This document shows positions 1 to 9,503 of a DNA stretch of 64,000 nucleotides, in pieces. The position numbers were made by a program, and so were the translations under genes. The stretch is from the NCBI GenBank assembly GCA_009692615.1, contig SHYW01000010.1, positions 2,670 through 66,669 of the forward strand. The letters are read 5' to 3'. This DNA comes from Deltaproteobacteria bacterium (lineage in GTDB: Bacteria > Desulfobacterota > Binatia > UBA9968). Under the pieces are notes generated by a model. It did not search any database and had not been told where the DNA came from. It worked only from the letters and a program-made list of their open reading frames with translations. How positions within the stretch are numbered: the first letter of the stretch is position 1; every line of letters starts with the position of its first letter.

Positions 1-634
1 TCGCCAGCAAAGCATTGCCGCCGTAACCGGAGCCGACGCTCCAGATGGTGTTGTCTTGCGGGAAGTGACAGATGAAGCGCCGCTCCATGTCGAGGTCGGC
101 CTTGGAATGCAGACAGCGCGTGAAGTCGTCCGAATCGCCGAGATGATCGAGCGCCACTTTGCCCATGCGAGTCATGAGCCGCATGTTGAGCACGACGTAG
201 ACGCTGTCGGTGACTTGAATGCCGACCTTGCTAAACGTCGAACCCAGCGGTCCCATCAGAAACGGAATCACATACAACGTGCGGCCCTGCATCGAGCCAG
301 TGAAAATCTTCGACAGCTTATCGTAGGCCTCCGACGGCGCCATCCAATTATTGTTCGGCCCAGCTTCTTCTTGCTGCTCGGTGCAAACGAAGGTTAGATT
401 TTCCGTGCGCGCGACATCGTTCAGCGCGCTGCGATGGAGGTAACTTCCCGGCTGCTCTTTCTGGTTGAGCGGCATGAGATCACCGCACTGCACCGCGACT
501 TGTGTCAACTTTTCCCGCTCGGCCTCAGAACCGTCGCACCAGTAGACATTGTCCGGCCGGCACATCGCCGCCATTTGGTTGACCCATTTTAGGATATGTT
601 GGTTATTGGGAATGGTGCCAGAGGAATTACTCAT
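1..634 (-). CDS. pckG: GTP-dependent phosphoenolpyruvate carboxykinase, N-terminal ~211 aa (gene continues beyond window start)
   Basis: Not in the ORF track because it runs off the edge. My translation of the minus strand from ATG 634-632 gives MSNSSGTIPNNQHILKWVNQMAAMCRPDNVYWCDGSEAEREKL...LYVIPFLMGPLGS...RFICHFPQDNTIWSVGSGYGGNALLA, which carries hallmark GTP-PEPCK motifs. Confidence 0.85.
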   Translation of the reverse strand, partial: MSNSSGTIPNNQHILKWVNQMAAMCRPDNVYWCDGSEAEREKLTQVAVQCGDLMPLNQKEQPGSYLHRSALNDVARTENLTFVCTEQQEEAGPNNNWMAPSEAYDKLSKIFTGSMQGRTLYVIPFLMGPLGSTFSKVGIQVTDSVYVVLNMRLMTRMGKVALDHLGDSDDFTRCLHSKADLDMERRFICHFPQDNTIWSVGSGYGGNALLA

Positions 635-924
635 GAGCGGCGACGATGTCCTTTCCGAAATCCGAATTGTCGTAAACCCCGCATGCCATCGGCGCTGCCA
701 AAAATTCCGTAAAATGGGCGGTGAATACCTGCCAAACAGCTGGAGTCATTGAGCATTATACTAACTGTGTAACCTACTAATTCAGTGCGGCGAAGTCAAC
801 CAGAGAAAGCCTAGCGGTAGTGATCTGAGTTGAACAATAGAGAGATGTTCACTTGAAGATGACAACGTGAATTCCTCGGAACGATCGCATGCCCCGCGTT
901 TCGCATTTCCATTTCCGAGCTACG

Positions 925-1298
925 CTATTTCTTGGCGCGGTATCTAACGTCGGAGATGCCGGCGAAATCGCTGTCTTGGCTCCACAGTGTCGCTCGATAG
1001 GCGCGCGCTGTTGCCAATATGATGCTATCGGCCATCGGGATTCTTTCGTCGAGGCTAACGCGAGCGGCGGTTAGAGCAAGTGGCGCGGTCAACTCAACGA
1101 TCGTTCCTTGGTGCATGAGAGCTACCGCCTGCAGGGCGTCGCTCTCACCGCGTTGCTGTAGAACCCGCTTAAAGACTTCGAATAGAATCAGGGTCGGTAC
1201 AATCAATTCTGTCCTATTTGTAATGGGAGGAGCAAAAAATCCGCGTTCGGCCCATCGGCCAAATATTCAAGCCAGCCGGAGGAGTCGACAACATTCAC
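925..1298 (-). pseudogene. vapC: PIN-domain toxin VapC, disrupted by a 1-nt frameshift
   Basis: GTG 1298-1296 overlaps the vapB stop by 4 nt (GTGA). That frame reads VNVVDSSGWLEYLADGPNADFLLLPLQIGQN*. Track ORF 925..1206 continues the PIN domain in another frame (ELIVPTLILFEVFKRV..MADSIILATA..SQDSDF). Adding one base to the A6 run at 1234-1239 restores ..ADFFAPPITNRTELIVPT... The 374-nt length is not a multiple of 3. Confidence 0.8.
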
Positions 1299-1501
1299 AC
1301 GCGGTCTGTGTTTCGTGGCACGTCGGTATCGATACCTTTGAGAAAGCCTCGCATCTTTTTTATCGATCGCACGGGTATGAGCTCGATGCGGTTTTCGTAG
1401 AGCAACGCCTGGACTTTCTGACCTGGCGTAAGCTTGAGCGTCTCGCGCATTTCTTTAGGGATAACAACTTGGAACTTGGGCGACACCGTTATAGTCTCCA
1501 T
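1295..1501 (-). CDS. vapB: AbrB/MazE/SpoVT-family antitoxin VapB
   Basis: Track ORF 1295..1552. The likely start is ATG 1501-1499 (METITVSPKFQVVIPKEMRETLKLTPGQKV), a SpoVT/AbrB-type N-terminus. It lies directly upstream of vapC and overlaps it. Confidence 0.75.
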   Translation of the reverse strand: METITVSPKFQVVIPKEMRETLKLTPGQKVQALLYENRIELIPVRSIKKMRGFLKGIDTDVPRNTDRV

Positions 1502-1655
1502 AATTTCTCCATCGATACCCGAACGTAGTGTGTGAATTGTATCGGCCCGCAACTAGGTTGGCAAGTCTCGAATTCGTGCTCCGGGAATATCAAATACCAT
1601 GTCCGGTCTCGGTCGCGGCAGACGTTCTTAGAACACTCCGGATCACAATCACATC

Positions 1656-2000
1656 CTAGACATAAATCATTCCTAGCCAAGCAAAAAAAGACGATACGAC
1701 CCACACGCTCGCATTCAGAATGCGGAGTATTTGATATGAACTAAATTGGCGAGACAAAGGCCACACTTTGAAGCTCTTGGTCAGTGCTATGCACCCGACA
1801 ACAATCCAGACGAGCGTTGGACCAACAAAAAACAGCTCAAACAGTTCTTGGCGACCGCGTAAAAGCCATATTTCTAACAAAAAGCCTCCGCCAGGGAGCG
1901 CAGCCATCACCGACGCCCAGAATGCGCTTTGAGGTTGAGCGCCATCTATCATTCGGTTCAGCCACACTATAGCTGCGATGCCAATCGCAACGAGCAACAA
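1656..2000 (-). CDS. Hypothetical small membrane protein
   Basis: The 114-aa ORF has several hydrophobic stretches (LVWIVVGCIAL, VWVVSSFFAWLGMIYV). It sits in a lower-GC patch, the track start is TTG, and I recognise no family. Confidence 0.3.
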   Translation of the reverse strand: MLLVAIGIAAIVWLNRMIDGAQPQSAFWASVMAALPGGGFLLEIWLLRGRQELFELFFVGPTLVWIVVGCIALTKSFKVWPLSRQFSSYQILRILNASVWVVSSFFAWLGMIYV

Positions 2001-2060
2001 CGCCTAGGCGCGTACATCAATCATTGAAACACGACGACTCCGTGAAGTCTCATCGAGTGC

Positions 2061-3305
2061 TCACTCCAACGGCAACGTTAGCAACTTCTGCTCCGGATGA
2101 ATCAGATGTTCGTGGCCGGTCTGCGTCACAACGCAGGTGTATTCCACTTGCACCGTGCCCCAGCCGGCTTCGTGGTTCGAGGCTTCGAGATTCATCGTCA
2201 TGCCGGGCTCGACCGGAATGTTGGTGGTGTTGGGGAGAAACGGATCGTCGACTTCTTCAGCAGGACCGAGCAGGAACGGAAACTCGCGCGCTTCCAAACC
2301 TATCGTGTGGCCGAGAAAGAAGTTCGAATAATTCGGCAAGCCGTTGGCGCGCACGCCGGCGATCATAGTTTCATAAAGTTCTTGCGGACGAACGCCGGGC
2401 TTGAGCGTTTCCACCGACTTCAACACGCCCGCTTGGATCGCGTCGTAGCGTTTGCGATGTTCCGCCGTCGGCGCGGCGCCGACCGAGCCAGATTTGCACA
2501 CATCGGCATGATAGCCGTTGATCGAGCAGCCCATGTCGACACGAAAGATATCGCCCTTCTGCAAAACGTTATCTTTGATCGCCGGAAAGTTGCCGCCGCG
2601 GGTCACCGCCATGTGCATCCAATAAACTTGCCCGCCAGCCTTGGCGATCTCACCTTTGTAAATGCTCGCCAGCTCATTCTCGGTCACGCGCGGACGGCAG
2701 GCGCGCAGCATTGAATTGATCGCCTCTTCGTTGACCTCGGCGGCCTCGCGCAGCCGCTGAATTTCATCCGGCGTCTTGATCATGCGCACGTAGCGAAAAA
2801 ACATCGACGCGGGCAAGAGCGTCGCCTGGGGCAAATTGGCGCGAATCTTTTCGTACTGCGTGATCGGAATCGCGAAGTGATCCATGCCGATGCGCCCGTT
2901 GGCCATGCCTTTATCTTGAATCAATTGCGCCAACGCTTTTTCCGGCGTCAGTCCTTTCGAATCGCTCCCGGCCAACTTCACCGTGCGCTGCTCGACGGCG
3001 GTGAGCTTATTCATATCGGCGACATGCGGATTGCGTGGCCGGCCGTAGATATATTTTTCTTCGATGCGCACGTCTTCCAGCGACGCGTAACCGACGTCGC
3101 CGCCGGGAATCAGCAGCGCCGGCTTGTGCGCCGGATCGCGCGGATAAACGACGTAGACTTGCGAGCCGCCGTAGCGATAACCGTTTTGGCTCCACGACGC
3201 ATGACCGCTCAAGTAAAAAATATTCTCCGGCGTCGCCGCGACCACGCCGGCGAGATCATGTTTGTCCATCAACGCCAGCAACCGTTCTTTGTTATAAAGC
3301 ATCAA
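2061..3305 (-). CDS. M24-family metallopeptidase (Xaa-Pro aminopeptidase / creatinase-like)
   Basis: 414 aa. A creatinase/prolidase-type N-domain is followed by pita-bread fold motifs (DMGCSINGYHADVCKSG, GHTIGLEAREFP, MNLEAS). Confidence 0.85.
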   Translation of the reverse strand: MMLYNKERLLALMDKHDLAGVVAATPENIFYLSGHASWSQNGYRYGGSQVYVVYPRDPAHKPALLIPGGDVGYASLEDVRIEEKYIYGRPRNPHVADMNKLTAVEQRTVKLAGSDSKGLTPEKALAQLIQDKGMANGRIGMDHFAIPITQYEKIRANLPQATLLPASMFFRYVRMIKTPDEIQRLREAAEVNEEAINSMLRACRPRVTENELASIYKGEIAKAGGQVYWMHMAVTRGGNFPAIKDNVLQKGDIFRVDMGCSINGYHADVCKSGSVGAAPTAEHRKRYDAIQAGVLKSVETLKPGVRPQELYETMIAGVRANGLPNYSNFFLGHTIGLEAREFPFLLGPAEEVDDPFLPNTTNIPVEPGMTMNLEASNHEAGWGTVQVEYTCVVTQTGHEHLIHPEQKLLTLPLE

Positions 3306-3354
3306 AATCTCCTAAATAATTTTGAATTTGAAATTTGGAATCTTGAATTCTCCC

Positions 3355-5031
3355 TCACACTCCGCCTTCCGACCGCCACGGCCGTGGCTCCAACGGCTTC
3401 ACGGCAACTTCCAACACGGATGGGCCTTGATGCGCTAGCGCGCGAGCTAACGCCGGTTTCAGTTCATCCGGTTTCTCGACGCGCTCGCCGTAAGCGCCGA
3501 GCGCCCGCGCCACGCCGGCGTAGTCGCCGCGCAACGAGATGCCGATCTCATGGCCTTTGAAGCGCTCGTGCAAAGTTTCCCGGCTGGCGCCTAAACTTTC
3601 GTTGTTGAGAATCACGGTCAACGTGCGGATGTCATTGCGCGCCGCGGTTTCGATCTCCATGCCGGTCATGCCAAACGATCCGTCGCCGGTAAAATTCACC
3701 ACGGTCTTGTCGGGATTGCCAAGCTTAGCGCCCATCGCCGCCGGCGTCGACCAGCCCATGGCGCTGGTGCCGCCGAAGCCGATGAAGCCCAACGGATTGA
3801 GTGCTTCATAATGATGCGAAACGTAGGCCCGGGTCACGCCGGCGTCGTGCAGCAAGATCGTTTTCTTGGCATCGAGCTGATGGGTAATGTCCCAACAGGC
3901 GCGATACGGATTGATCGGGACTTCGTCGGATGTGAGCCGCGGATTCCAGGAATCGAGCCACTTGTTTTTGAGATCTTGAATTTCCGCCGCGACATCCGCC
4001 GCCATGCCCTTGCGATAAGCCGCGAGCTTTTCTTTTCCCTGTAACAGCATCGCGCGCAGAAAAAGTTGAATGTCGGAAAGAATCACCAGATCGGCGGGAT
4101 AATTTTTGTGCAGCTCCGCGGCGTCGATGTCGACTTGAACCAGTTTCGCGTGCGCCGGCTTGGGCAGCCAACCTGAAGTCGCGTGCTGGCGAAAACTGCA
4201 TCCAAGCGCAATCACCAAATCCGCTTCCTCGGCAAACTTGCGCGACTGCCCAGTGCTGTAAACCGCGCGCGGAAAACCACCGAGGCCTAAACACAATGGA
4301 TGATCCTCCGGCATCGCGCCCTTCGCCGGCAGCGTCGCCATCACCGGCAGCGCGTAGGATTCGGCGAGTTTAACCAGCGCCTCGGTCGCGCCCGACCAGA
4401 GCGCGCCGCGGCCGACGTAGATCAGCAGCTTTTTCGACTGCTGCAAAAGTTCGATCAACTTTTCGACATCGTCAGGATCGGGACCGAAACGCACGCGCCG
4501 CGTTTTGAAATAGGGCGGCATCTCCGCCTGCGCCATGCTGATGTCCTGCGGCATATCGATGATCACCGGCCCCGGCCGTCCCGAGCGCGCCAGCGTAAAC
4601 GCGCGGCGAAACACTTCAGGGATGCGCTCCGCAGACGGCACGCTGAAGGTCCACTTGGCCATCGATTGAAACACGTCGAGATAAGGCACTTCTTGCAGCA
4701 TGCCCTTGGCCAACTACTTGCGCGAGCTGTGGCCGAAGATGACCACGAGAGGAACGCAGTCGGTAAACGCATTGACGATGGCGGTGAAGGCATTGCAGCG
4801 CCCCGGCCCTTTGGTCACCATCGCCACGCCGACTTCACCGGTGCTGCGCGCGTAGCCGTCGGCGATGTACACCGTCGCTTGCTCGTGACGCGTGAGGATC
4901 AAAGGGATCGTGCCGTTTTCATGCAAGGCATCGAAGATCGGTAAAATATCGTCGCCGGGAAACGTCGAGACGAATTTCACGCCTTCGGTTTGAAGAATAT
5001 CGACAAGAGCATCCGCGCCACGCATAGTCAC
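3355..5031 (-). pseudogene. Thiamine-pyrophosphate enzyme of the acetolactate-synthase superfamily, interrupted by an in-frame TAG
   Basis: Track ORFs 4714..5031 (TPP N-domain, ..ATVYIADGYARSTGEVGVAMVTKGPGRCNAFTAIVNAFTDCVPLVV) and 3355..4713 (middle and PP-binding domains, ..FGGTSAMGWSTPAAMGAKLG..VVNFTGDGSFGM) are in the same frame. Only TAG at 4716-4714 separates them (..IFGHSSRK*LAKGMLQEVPY..). Confidence 0.8.
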
Positions 5032-5037
5032 TTCTTT

Positions 5038-6081
5038 CTATTTGGTCGCAAGCTTTTTGAAGAAGCCTTCCTCCTCAAGCTTGCGGACAAATCGGCCATC
5101 GATAAAATCGTAGGGGTTCTTGTTCTTCAACGCCGGCTGCCGCTCGGCGAGCACATCCAAGACGAACTTGATGCCCTCGGGCGACGGCGTCAGATACTGA
5201 TTTAAAAATTTGCCCAGTGTTTCCTGCGCCTGTGCCACCGCCGGATCGTCCTTGGGCACGCGCATGTATTTCGCCACTACCGGCAAAGTCAGATCGGGCC
5301 GCGTCTTGTAGAGATAAATCGCTTCCGAAGTCGCGCACAACACGTTGAGAATCACTTCGGCATTGGCGTCGATGAATTTGCGCGTCGCGACCACGGAGAT
5401 CACCGGAAACGGAAAATCCAAACCGGCAAGATCGAAAACTTCGCGATAACCCGCTTTCGCCGCGGCGAGCGAAGACGGCGGCGTCAACACACCGGCTTGA
5501 AATTTTCCCTGCAACAGTCCGGCGAGCACTTCGGGAGAACCGCCGGCCGGCAACACGCCGACATCGCGATTGGCCGCCCAATTGAAATGGCGCAAGAACG
5601 CCAACGCAGCGAAATAGCTGTTGCCTCCCACCGCGCCGGCGGCGAGCGTCTTACCTTTGAGATCGCCGATCTGCTTGATCTGCGGACTGGCGTGAATCGC
5701 GAAGGTCAGCCGCGTGAAAACCGTGCCGAGCAGCGCGATCTCCGCGCCACTGGCCGCGGCCGCTACCGCCGCCGCGCCGCCGACTTGTGAAACGTCGATG
5801 GAGCCGCCGAGCATCGCTTGAATCGGCCGCGACCCGCCGACGTAGATCAACTCGGTTTCGTAGCCGCCATATTTCTCAAACAGTTTTAACTCGTGAGCAA
5901 TCCAGAACGGCGGGTTCGCGTAAGCAAAAGCGCTAAACGCCAGGCGCAGCTTCTTCGCTTGAGCCGCGTGCAATGGCGTAGAGGCGAACACGCAAACCGC
6001 GAGCATTGCCAAAAACAGTCGAGCAAAATTTGGCATCATCGGCATCATCATTGCGGCGAACAGACGAAGACATATTGGCAA
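5038..6081 (-). CDS. NMT1/SsuA-like ABC substrate-binding protein (NitT/TauT family), secreted
   Basis: 347 aa with a signal peptide (..AMLAVCVFASTPLHAAQA) and a periplasmic-binding-protein pattern shared with the array at 12.5-22.8 kb. The track start is TTG; the real start is probably one of the ATGs near 6051. Confidence 0.75.
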   Translation of the reverse strand: MPICLRLFAAMMMPMMPNFARLFLAMLAVCVFASTPLHAAQAKKLRLAFSAFAYANPPFWIAHELKLFEKYGGYETELIYVGGSRPIQAMLGGSIDVSQVGGAAAVAAAASGAEIALLGTVFTRLTFAIHASPQIKQIGDLKGKTLAAGAVGGNSYFAALAFLRHFNWAANRDVGVLPAGGSPEVLAGLLQGKFQAGVLTPPSSLAAAKAGYREVFDLAGLDFPFPVISVVATRKFIDANAEVILNVLCATSEAIYLYKTRPDLTLPVVAKYMRVPKDDPAVAQAQETLGKFLNQYLTPSPEGIKFVLDVLAERQPALKNKNPYDFIDGRFVRKLEEEGFFKKLATK

Positions 6082-6107
6082 TTCACTAAGCAGTCAAGTT
6101 GATTTCG

Positions 6108-6180
6108 CTTGCCCTCACCCTTCCCTCTCCCGCAGCCGCCTGAGGCGGATCAGCCTTCGGCTGAAGCGGGCGAGGGTAAG
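6108..6180. repeat. Nested-hairpin intergenic element with core CGCCTGAGGCGGATCAGCCTTCGGCTGA
   Basis: The outer arms are CTTGCCCTC..CCCGC and GCGGGCGAGGGTAAG. Inner hairpins are CCGCC-tga-GGCGG and CAGCC-ttcg-GCTG. A related core occurs at 22867-22895. Confidence 0.5.
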
Positions 6181-6205
6181 AATTAGGAAAGCTGAAGACC
6201 AAGCG

Positions 6206-7057
6206 TTAAGTTGTTTTTTTGCTGGAGAGTACAGAGGGCGCCCGCGCAGCGACCTCGGCAATGAGCGCGCCCATCTTCGGATGCACCGGTTCAATATCCG
6301 GCGTGAGACCGAATTGCCCAAGCACTTGCGTGCATACCGGGCCCACCGAACCGACGACGATTTTCTTACAAGCCTGTCGCAAGCCCTCCTCCGCTTTGTC
6401 ATAGGCGCCGATCTTGAACAGATGCTCCACCTGAGCGCCGTTGGTGAACAACGCAATGTCGACTGCGCCGTCGAGAATCTTTTCCATCGCCCCACGTAGC
6501 GGCGCGAGATCTTCCGGCAACGCCCAGCGATAGATCGGAATCGACACCACCGTTGCGCCGTGAACTTGCAGCGCAGAAATCAATTCCGCATTGGTGACGC
6601 CGTATTCTTGAATCGCGATGCGCTTGCCGCGCAGATCCAGCGTTGCCGCCAACGTCGAGATAACTTCGCGCCAAGTATTGGGCTCCGGCACGATCAGCCC
6701 TGCTTGGAGTCCCAACTCTTTCAACGCCGCGGCCGGCTTGGGCCCGCGCGCGACAAGCTGCACAATTTTCAATGCCGCGACAATTCTATCTTGAGAAAAT
6801 TCACTCAATAGAATTTCGTTGAGCGTCTTGGTGCCGACGCCGGTCATGAGAATGACAATGTCGAAGTTGCCCGCTTCGATGGCCGGCAAGAGATCGAGCG
6901 CGGCGCGGTTCTCGGTCAAAGGAATTTCGCGCATGGACGGCGCGACGATCGGCTCGCCGCCATAGCGGCGAATCAGCTCCGCCATCTCCTTAGCGCGCCG
7001 GCTCTCAAAGGAGACAACTTTCAAGCCTTGCAAGTTATTTCGCGGGTTGGATTCCAT
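6206..7057 (-). CDS. hemD: Uroporphyrinogen-III synthase (HemD-like)
   Basis: 283 aa with a HemD-like pattern (VVSFESRRAKEMAELIRRYGGEPIVAPSMREIP..FDIVILMTGVG). It sits in a siroheme gene context with sirC and cobA. Confidence 0.7.
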   Translation of the reverse strand: MESNPRNNLQGLKVVSFESRRAKEMAELIRRYGGEPIVAPSMREIPLTENRAALDLLPAIEAGNFDIVILMTGVGTKTLNEILLSEFSQDRIVAALKIVQLVARGPKPAAALKELGLQAGLIVPEPNTWREVISTLAATLDLRGKRIAIQEYGVTNAELISALQVHGATVVSIPIYRWALPEDLAPLRGAMEKILDGAVDIALFTNGAQVEHLFKIGAYDKAEEGLRQACKKIVVGSVGPVCTQVLGQFGLTPDIEPVHPKMGALIAEVAARAPSVLSSKKTT

Positions 7058-7073
7058 GAGATTGAATATCGAA

Positions 7074-7703
7074 CTATGCGGCCACGCCCAATTCTCTGAG
7101 CAACAGACTCTTCGCCCGCACCAAGTCGCCGCGCATGAGCAGTTGGCGCACCTCGCCGCTCAAGGCGCGCTGCCAAGCTTCGAACGGCGCTGTAATTGCC
7201 CGCGCATGCAATTCATCGCGCACTTGCGCGGCGAGATTCGCCAGCAAGGCGTATTCGTCGGTGAAATAAACTTCCAGCTCTTCGCGGATGGTCCGCGCCA
7301 ACGCCGGACTCTTACCGCCGGTGGAAACCGCAACCGTGAGATCGCCGCGGCGCAGCACCGAGGGCAAAATGAAATCGCAGTGCGCCGCATCGTCCGCCGC
7401 GTTGACCCAGACGCCGAGCTTGCGCCCCTCGGTGAAAACCTGCCGGTTCACGCCGCCATCGTCGGTGGCGACGAAGGCAATCTCGTATTCAGTCAAATCG
7501 CCGGACCGATACTGACGCGCGATCCAGTCAACGGACTTCTCTTTGGACCAGCGCAAAATATTGCCGCTCACTTCAGGACTGATCACGACCACATCCGCCC
7601 CCGCTTCCAGTAAGCCGGCAACCTTGCGCTCCGCCACCGCGCCGCCGCCGATCACCAAACAGCGCCGACCGGTCATTTCGAGGTAGATCGGAAAGTAGCT
7701 CAT
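7074..7703 (-). CDS. sirC: Precorrin-2 dehydrogenase / sirohydrochlorin ferrochelatase (siroheme synthase N-terminal domain type)
   Basis: The sequence MSYFPIYLEMTGRRCLVIGGGAVAERKVAGLLEAGADVVVISPE has a Rossmann motif typical of CysG-N/Met8/SirC. I prefer ATG 7703-7701 over the track TTG at 7718. Confidence 0.85.
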   Translation of the reverse strand: MSYFPIYLEMTGRRCLVIGGGAVAERKVAGLLEAGADVVVISPEVSGNILRWSKEKSVDWIARQYRSGDLTEYEIAFVATDDGGVNRQVFTEGRKLGVWVNAADDAAHCDFILPSVLRRGDLTVAVSTGGKSPALARTIREELEVYFTDEYALLANLAAQVRDELHARAITAPFEAWQRALSGEVRQLLMRGDLVRAKSLLLRELGVAA

Positions 7704-7800
7704 GTTCGTTGCGCACAATCTAACTCTTGGACGCCAAGATAGACAAGCCGAACGGAAGATAAAATCCGCGCGCTATGGGAAACACGCCAACAAGAGAATC

Positions 7801-7886
7801 CCACACGGGAGAACTACGAAAAGCACGAAGATCGGATTTGAAGACTCTCTTATTTCGTGTGGTTCGTGTTTTTCGTGGGTGAATTT
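7801..7886. repeat. CACGAA-periodic hairpin repeat, copy 1
   Basis: ACTACGAAAAGCACGAAG .. TTTCGTGTGGTTCGTGTTTTTCGTGGGTGAA. The arms are imperfect reverse complements built from CACGAA/TTCGTG units spaced about 8-10 nt apart. Confidence 0.6.
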
Positions 7887-7945
7887 TTTACGATCTTGTA
7901 AAGCAGGTCTTGACGCGGGGCGAGCGGGACAGTGTGGCGCTGCGT

Positions 7946-8746
7946 CTACGGTCGCAACGACAAATCTTCCCGTCGATCCGACAATTCGTCGCAGGACGGC
8001 ACGAAGTCGTGGGCGAACCAATCCAATTTATCCGCCAACCGCACCACCTCGCCGACGACGATCAGCGCCGGCGCTTTGAGTGCCGCACTCTTCTCGACGA
8101 TGTCGACCAACGTGCCGATCGCTTTTTGCTGCTGCACCGTGGTGCCCTGCTGAATCACCGCCGCTGGAGTTTGCGGCGACCGGCCATGAGCGACCAGCGC
8201 GGCGACGATCGCCGGCAGATTGTGCAACCCCATGAGAATCACCAGCGTGTCGACTGCGGTGGCGAGCTTGGCCCAATCGACGGAAGACTTGGATTTGATC
8301 GCCTCATGTCCAGTGACCACAGCGAAAGACGAAGCGTAATCTCGATGAGTCAGAGAAATGCCGGCGTAGGCCGGAACCGCGACCGCCGAACTCACGCCCG
8401 GAACTATTTCGAAAGCTATGCCGGCATCGGCCAACGCTTCCGCTTCTTCGCCGCCCCGGCCAAAGACAAACGGATCGCCGCCCTTCAAGCGCACGACTTC
8501 ACAGCCGCGCTGGGCGTAGTTGATTAAAACCGAATTGATTTCGCCTTGGGCGATGCAGTGGCGCCCCGCCTGCTTGCCGACGAAGATTCGTTCTGCATCA
8601 AGCGAGACTTCTTCAAGCAGCACCGGATTGACCAGTTGATCGTAAACGACGACTTGCGCCGCATGAAGCAATTGCATCCCGCACACGGTCATCAACCCTG
8701 GATCGCCCGGTCCAGCGCCGACGAGATAAACTTTGCCAGTAGCCAT
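7946..8746 (-). CDS. cobA: Uroporphyrinogen-III C-methyltransferase
   Basis: MATGKVYLVGAGPGDPGLMT..VVRLKGGDPFVFGRGGEE is the classic tetrapyrrole methylase motif set. I prefer ATG 8746-8744 over the track TTG at 8755. Confidence 0.9.
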   Translation of the reverse strand: MATGKVYLVGAGPGDPGLMTVCGMQLLHAAQVVVYDQLVNPVLLEEVSLDAERIFVGKQAGRHCIAQGEINSVLINYAQRGCEVVRLKGGDPFVFGRGGEEAEALADAGIAFEIVPGVSSAVAVPAYAGISLTHRDYASSFAVVTGHEAIKSKSSVDWAKLATAVDTLVILMGLHNLPAIVAALVAHGRSPQTPAAVIQQGTTVQQQKAIGTLVDIVEKSAALKAPALIVVGEVVRLADKLDWFAHDFVPSCDELSDRREDLSLRP

Positions 8747-8762
8747 GTCAGTCAAGTCACTC

Positions 8763-9338
8763 TCAATCCCGCGGCAAATTCGCCAATGCCTTACTCAGAT
8801 CGAGAGCCGCGGCAGTTTTGATGTGAACGTTCAGCCGTTGGCGCGAATCATCGTCGCGCGCCACGTTCACCGCCGCGCCGCCGAACAACTGTGACGCCAC
8901 CACTTGAACATCGCCTTTGATGGCGTCGAACGCTGCTTGCGAATTCTCGCCGCGCCGCCGGTCATTGAGCGAAATCACCGCTTCGTTGGCCGCGAAGCGC
9001 AGCTTGCCGCGTAACGCCGGCTCGGCTTCGAGCTTGCGGCAATTTTCCAGCGCGCCGCGTAACACCGCCCGTAGTTTCGCTTGTTTGGAACCGGCCAGCT
9101 GCGCCTTCTGTGCGAACACCAAACCGCGCCGATTGCCGCTTTCGTCAATACTGACGTGCGAATCATTGGCGACCAGAACGATTCCTGGCCCGGCCTGCAT
9201 GTGGCTGTAATCGGCAACGTCGTGATAGACGCCGTCGGTGGCCTGAATCCAACCGTGAAAGATATCGATGAAATCCGTCAGGGCAATCCTATCAGGCTGT
9301 TCGACGAATAATTTGACGTTCATTTTTTGCAGTTCCAT
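8763..9338 (-). CDS. Conserved-looking hypothetical protein embedded between sir and cobA
   Basis: Track ORF 8763..9344. ATG 9338-9336 is preceded by GGGAG. The ~191-aa product is not low complexity, and I recognise no family. Confidence 0.55.
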   Translation of the reverse strand: MELQKMNVKLFVEQPDRIALTDFIDIFHGWIQATDGVYHDVADYSHMQAGPGIVLVANDSHVSIDESGNRRGLVFAQKAQLAGSKQAKLRAVLRGALENCRKLEAEPALRGKLRFAANEAVISLNDRRRGENSQAAFDAIKGDVQVVASQLFGGAAVNVARDDDSRQRLNVHIKTAAALDLSKALANLPRD

Positions 9339-9387
9339 TTTCACTCCCGGTCTTTGCTGCGATCGATATCTGGTGCCGCGCGAGAAA

Positions 9388-9478
9388 AGAAAATCTCCCC
9401 TAACCCCTCTTTTTCAAAGAGGGGAATCGATCTCGGTTTTTCCCCCTTTGAAAAAGGGAGACCAAGGGGGATTTTCTT
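9388..9478. repeat. Two-module G/C-tract hairpin repeat, locus A (modules adjacent)
   Basis: Module 1 is GAAAATCTCCCCTAACCCCTCTTTttcAAAGAGGGG (9-bp stem 9404-9412 / 9416-9424). Module 2 is TCCCCCTTTgaaAAAGGGAGACCAAGGGGGATTTTC. The outer GAAAATC..GATTTTC ends are also inverted. The same modules occur at 62934-63085. Confidence 0.65.
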
Positions 9479-9503
9479 CACGTTCACTTCGTACCTAAGT
9501 CCA

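Noticed and set aside
56-397. 113-aa plus-strand ORF at the window start
   Set aside because: It is antisense to the clearly recognisable GTP-PEPCK coding sequence on the minus strand.
4714-4716. In-frame TAG as possible pyrrolysine or other recoding
   Set aside because: No pyl genes are in the window and TAG terminates other genes here. A nonsense mutation or base error is the simpler reading. It is kept as a finding only as a lesion.
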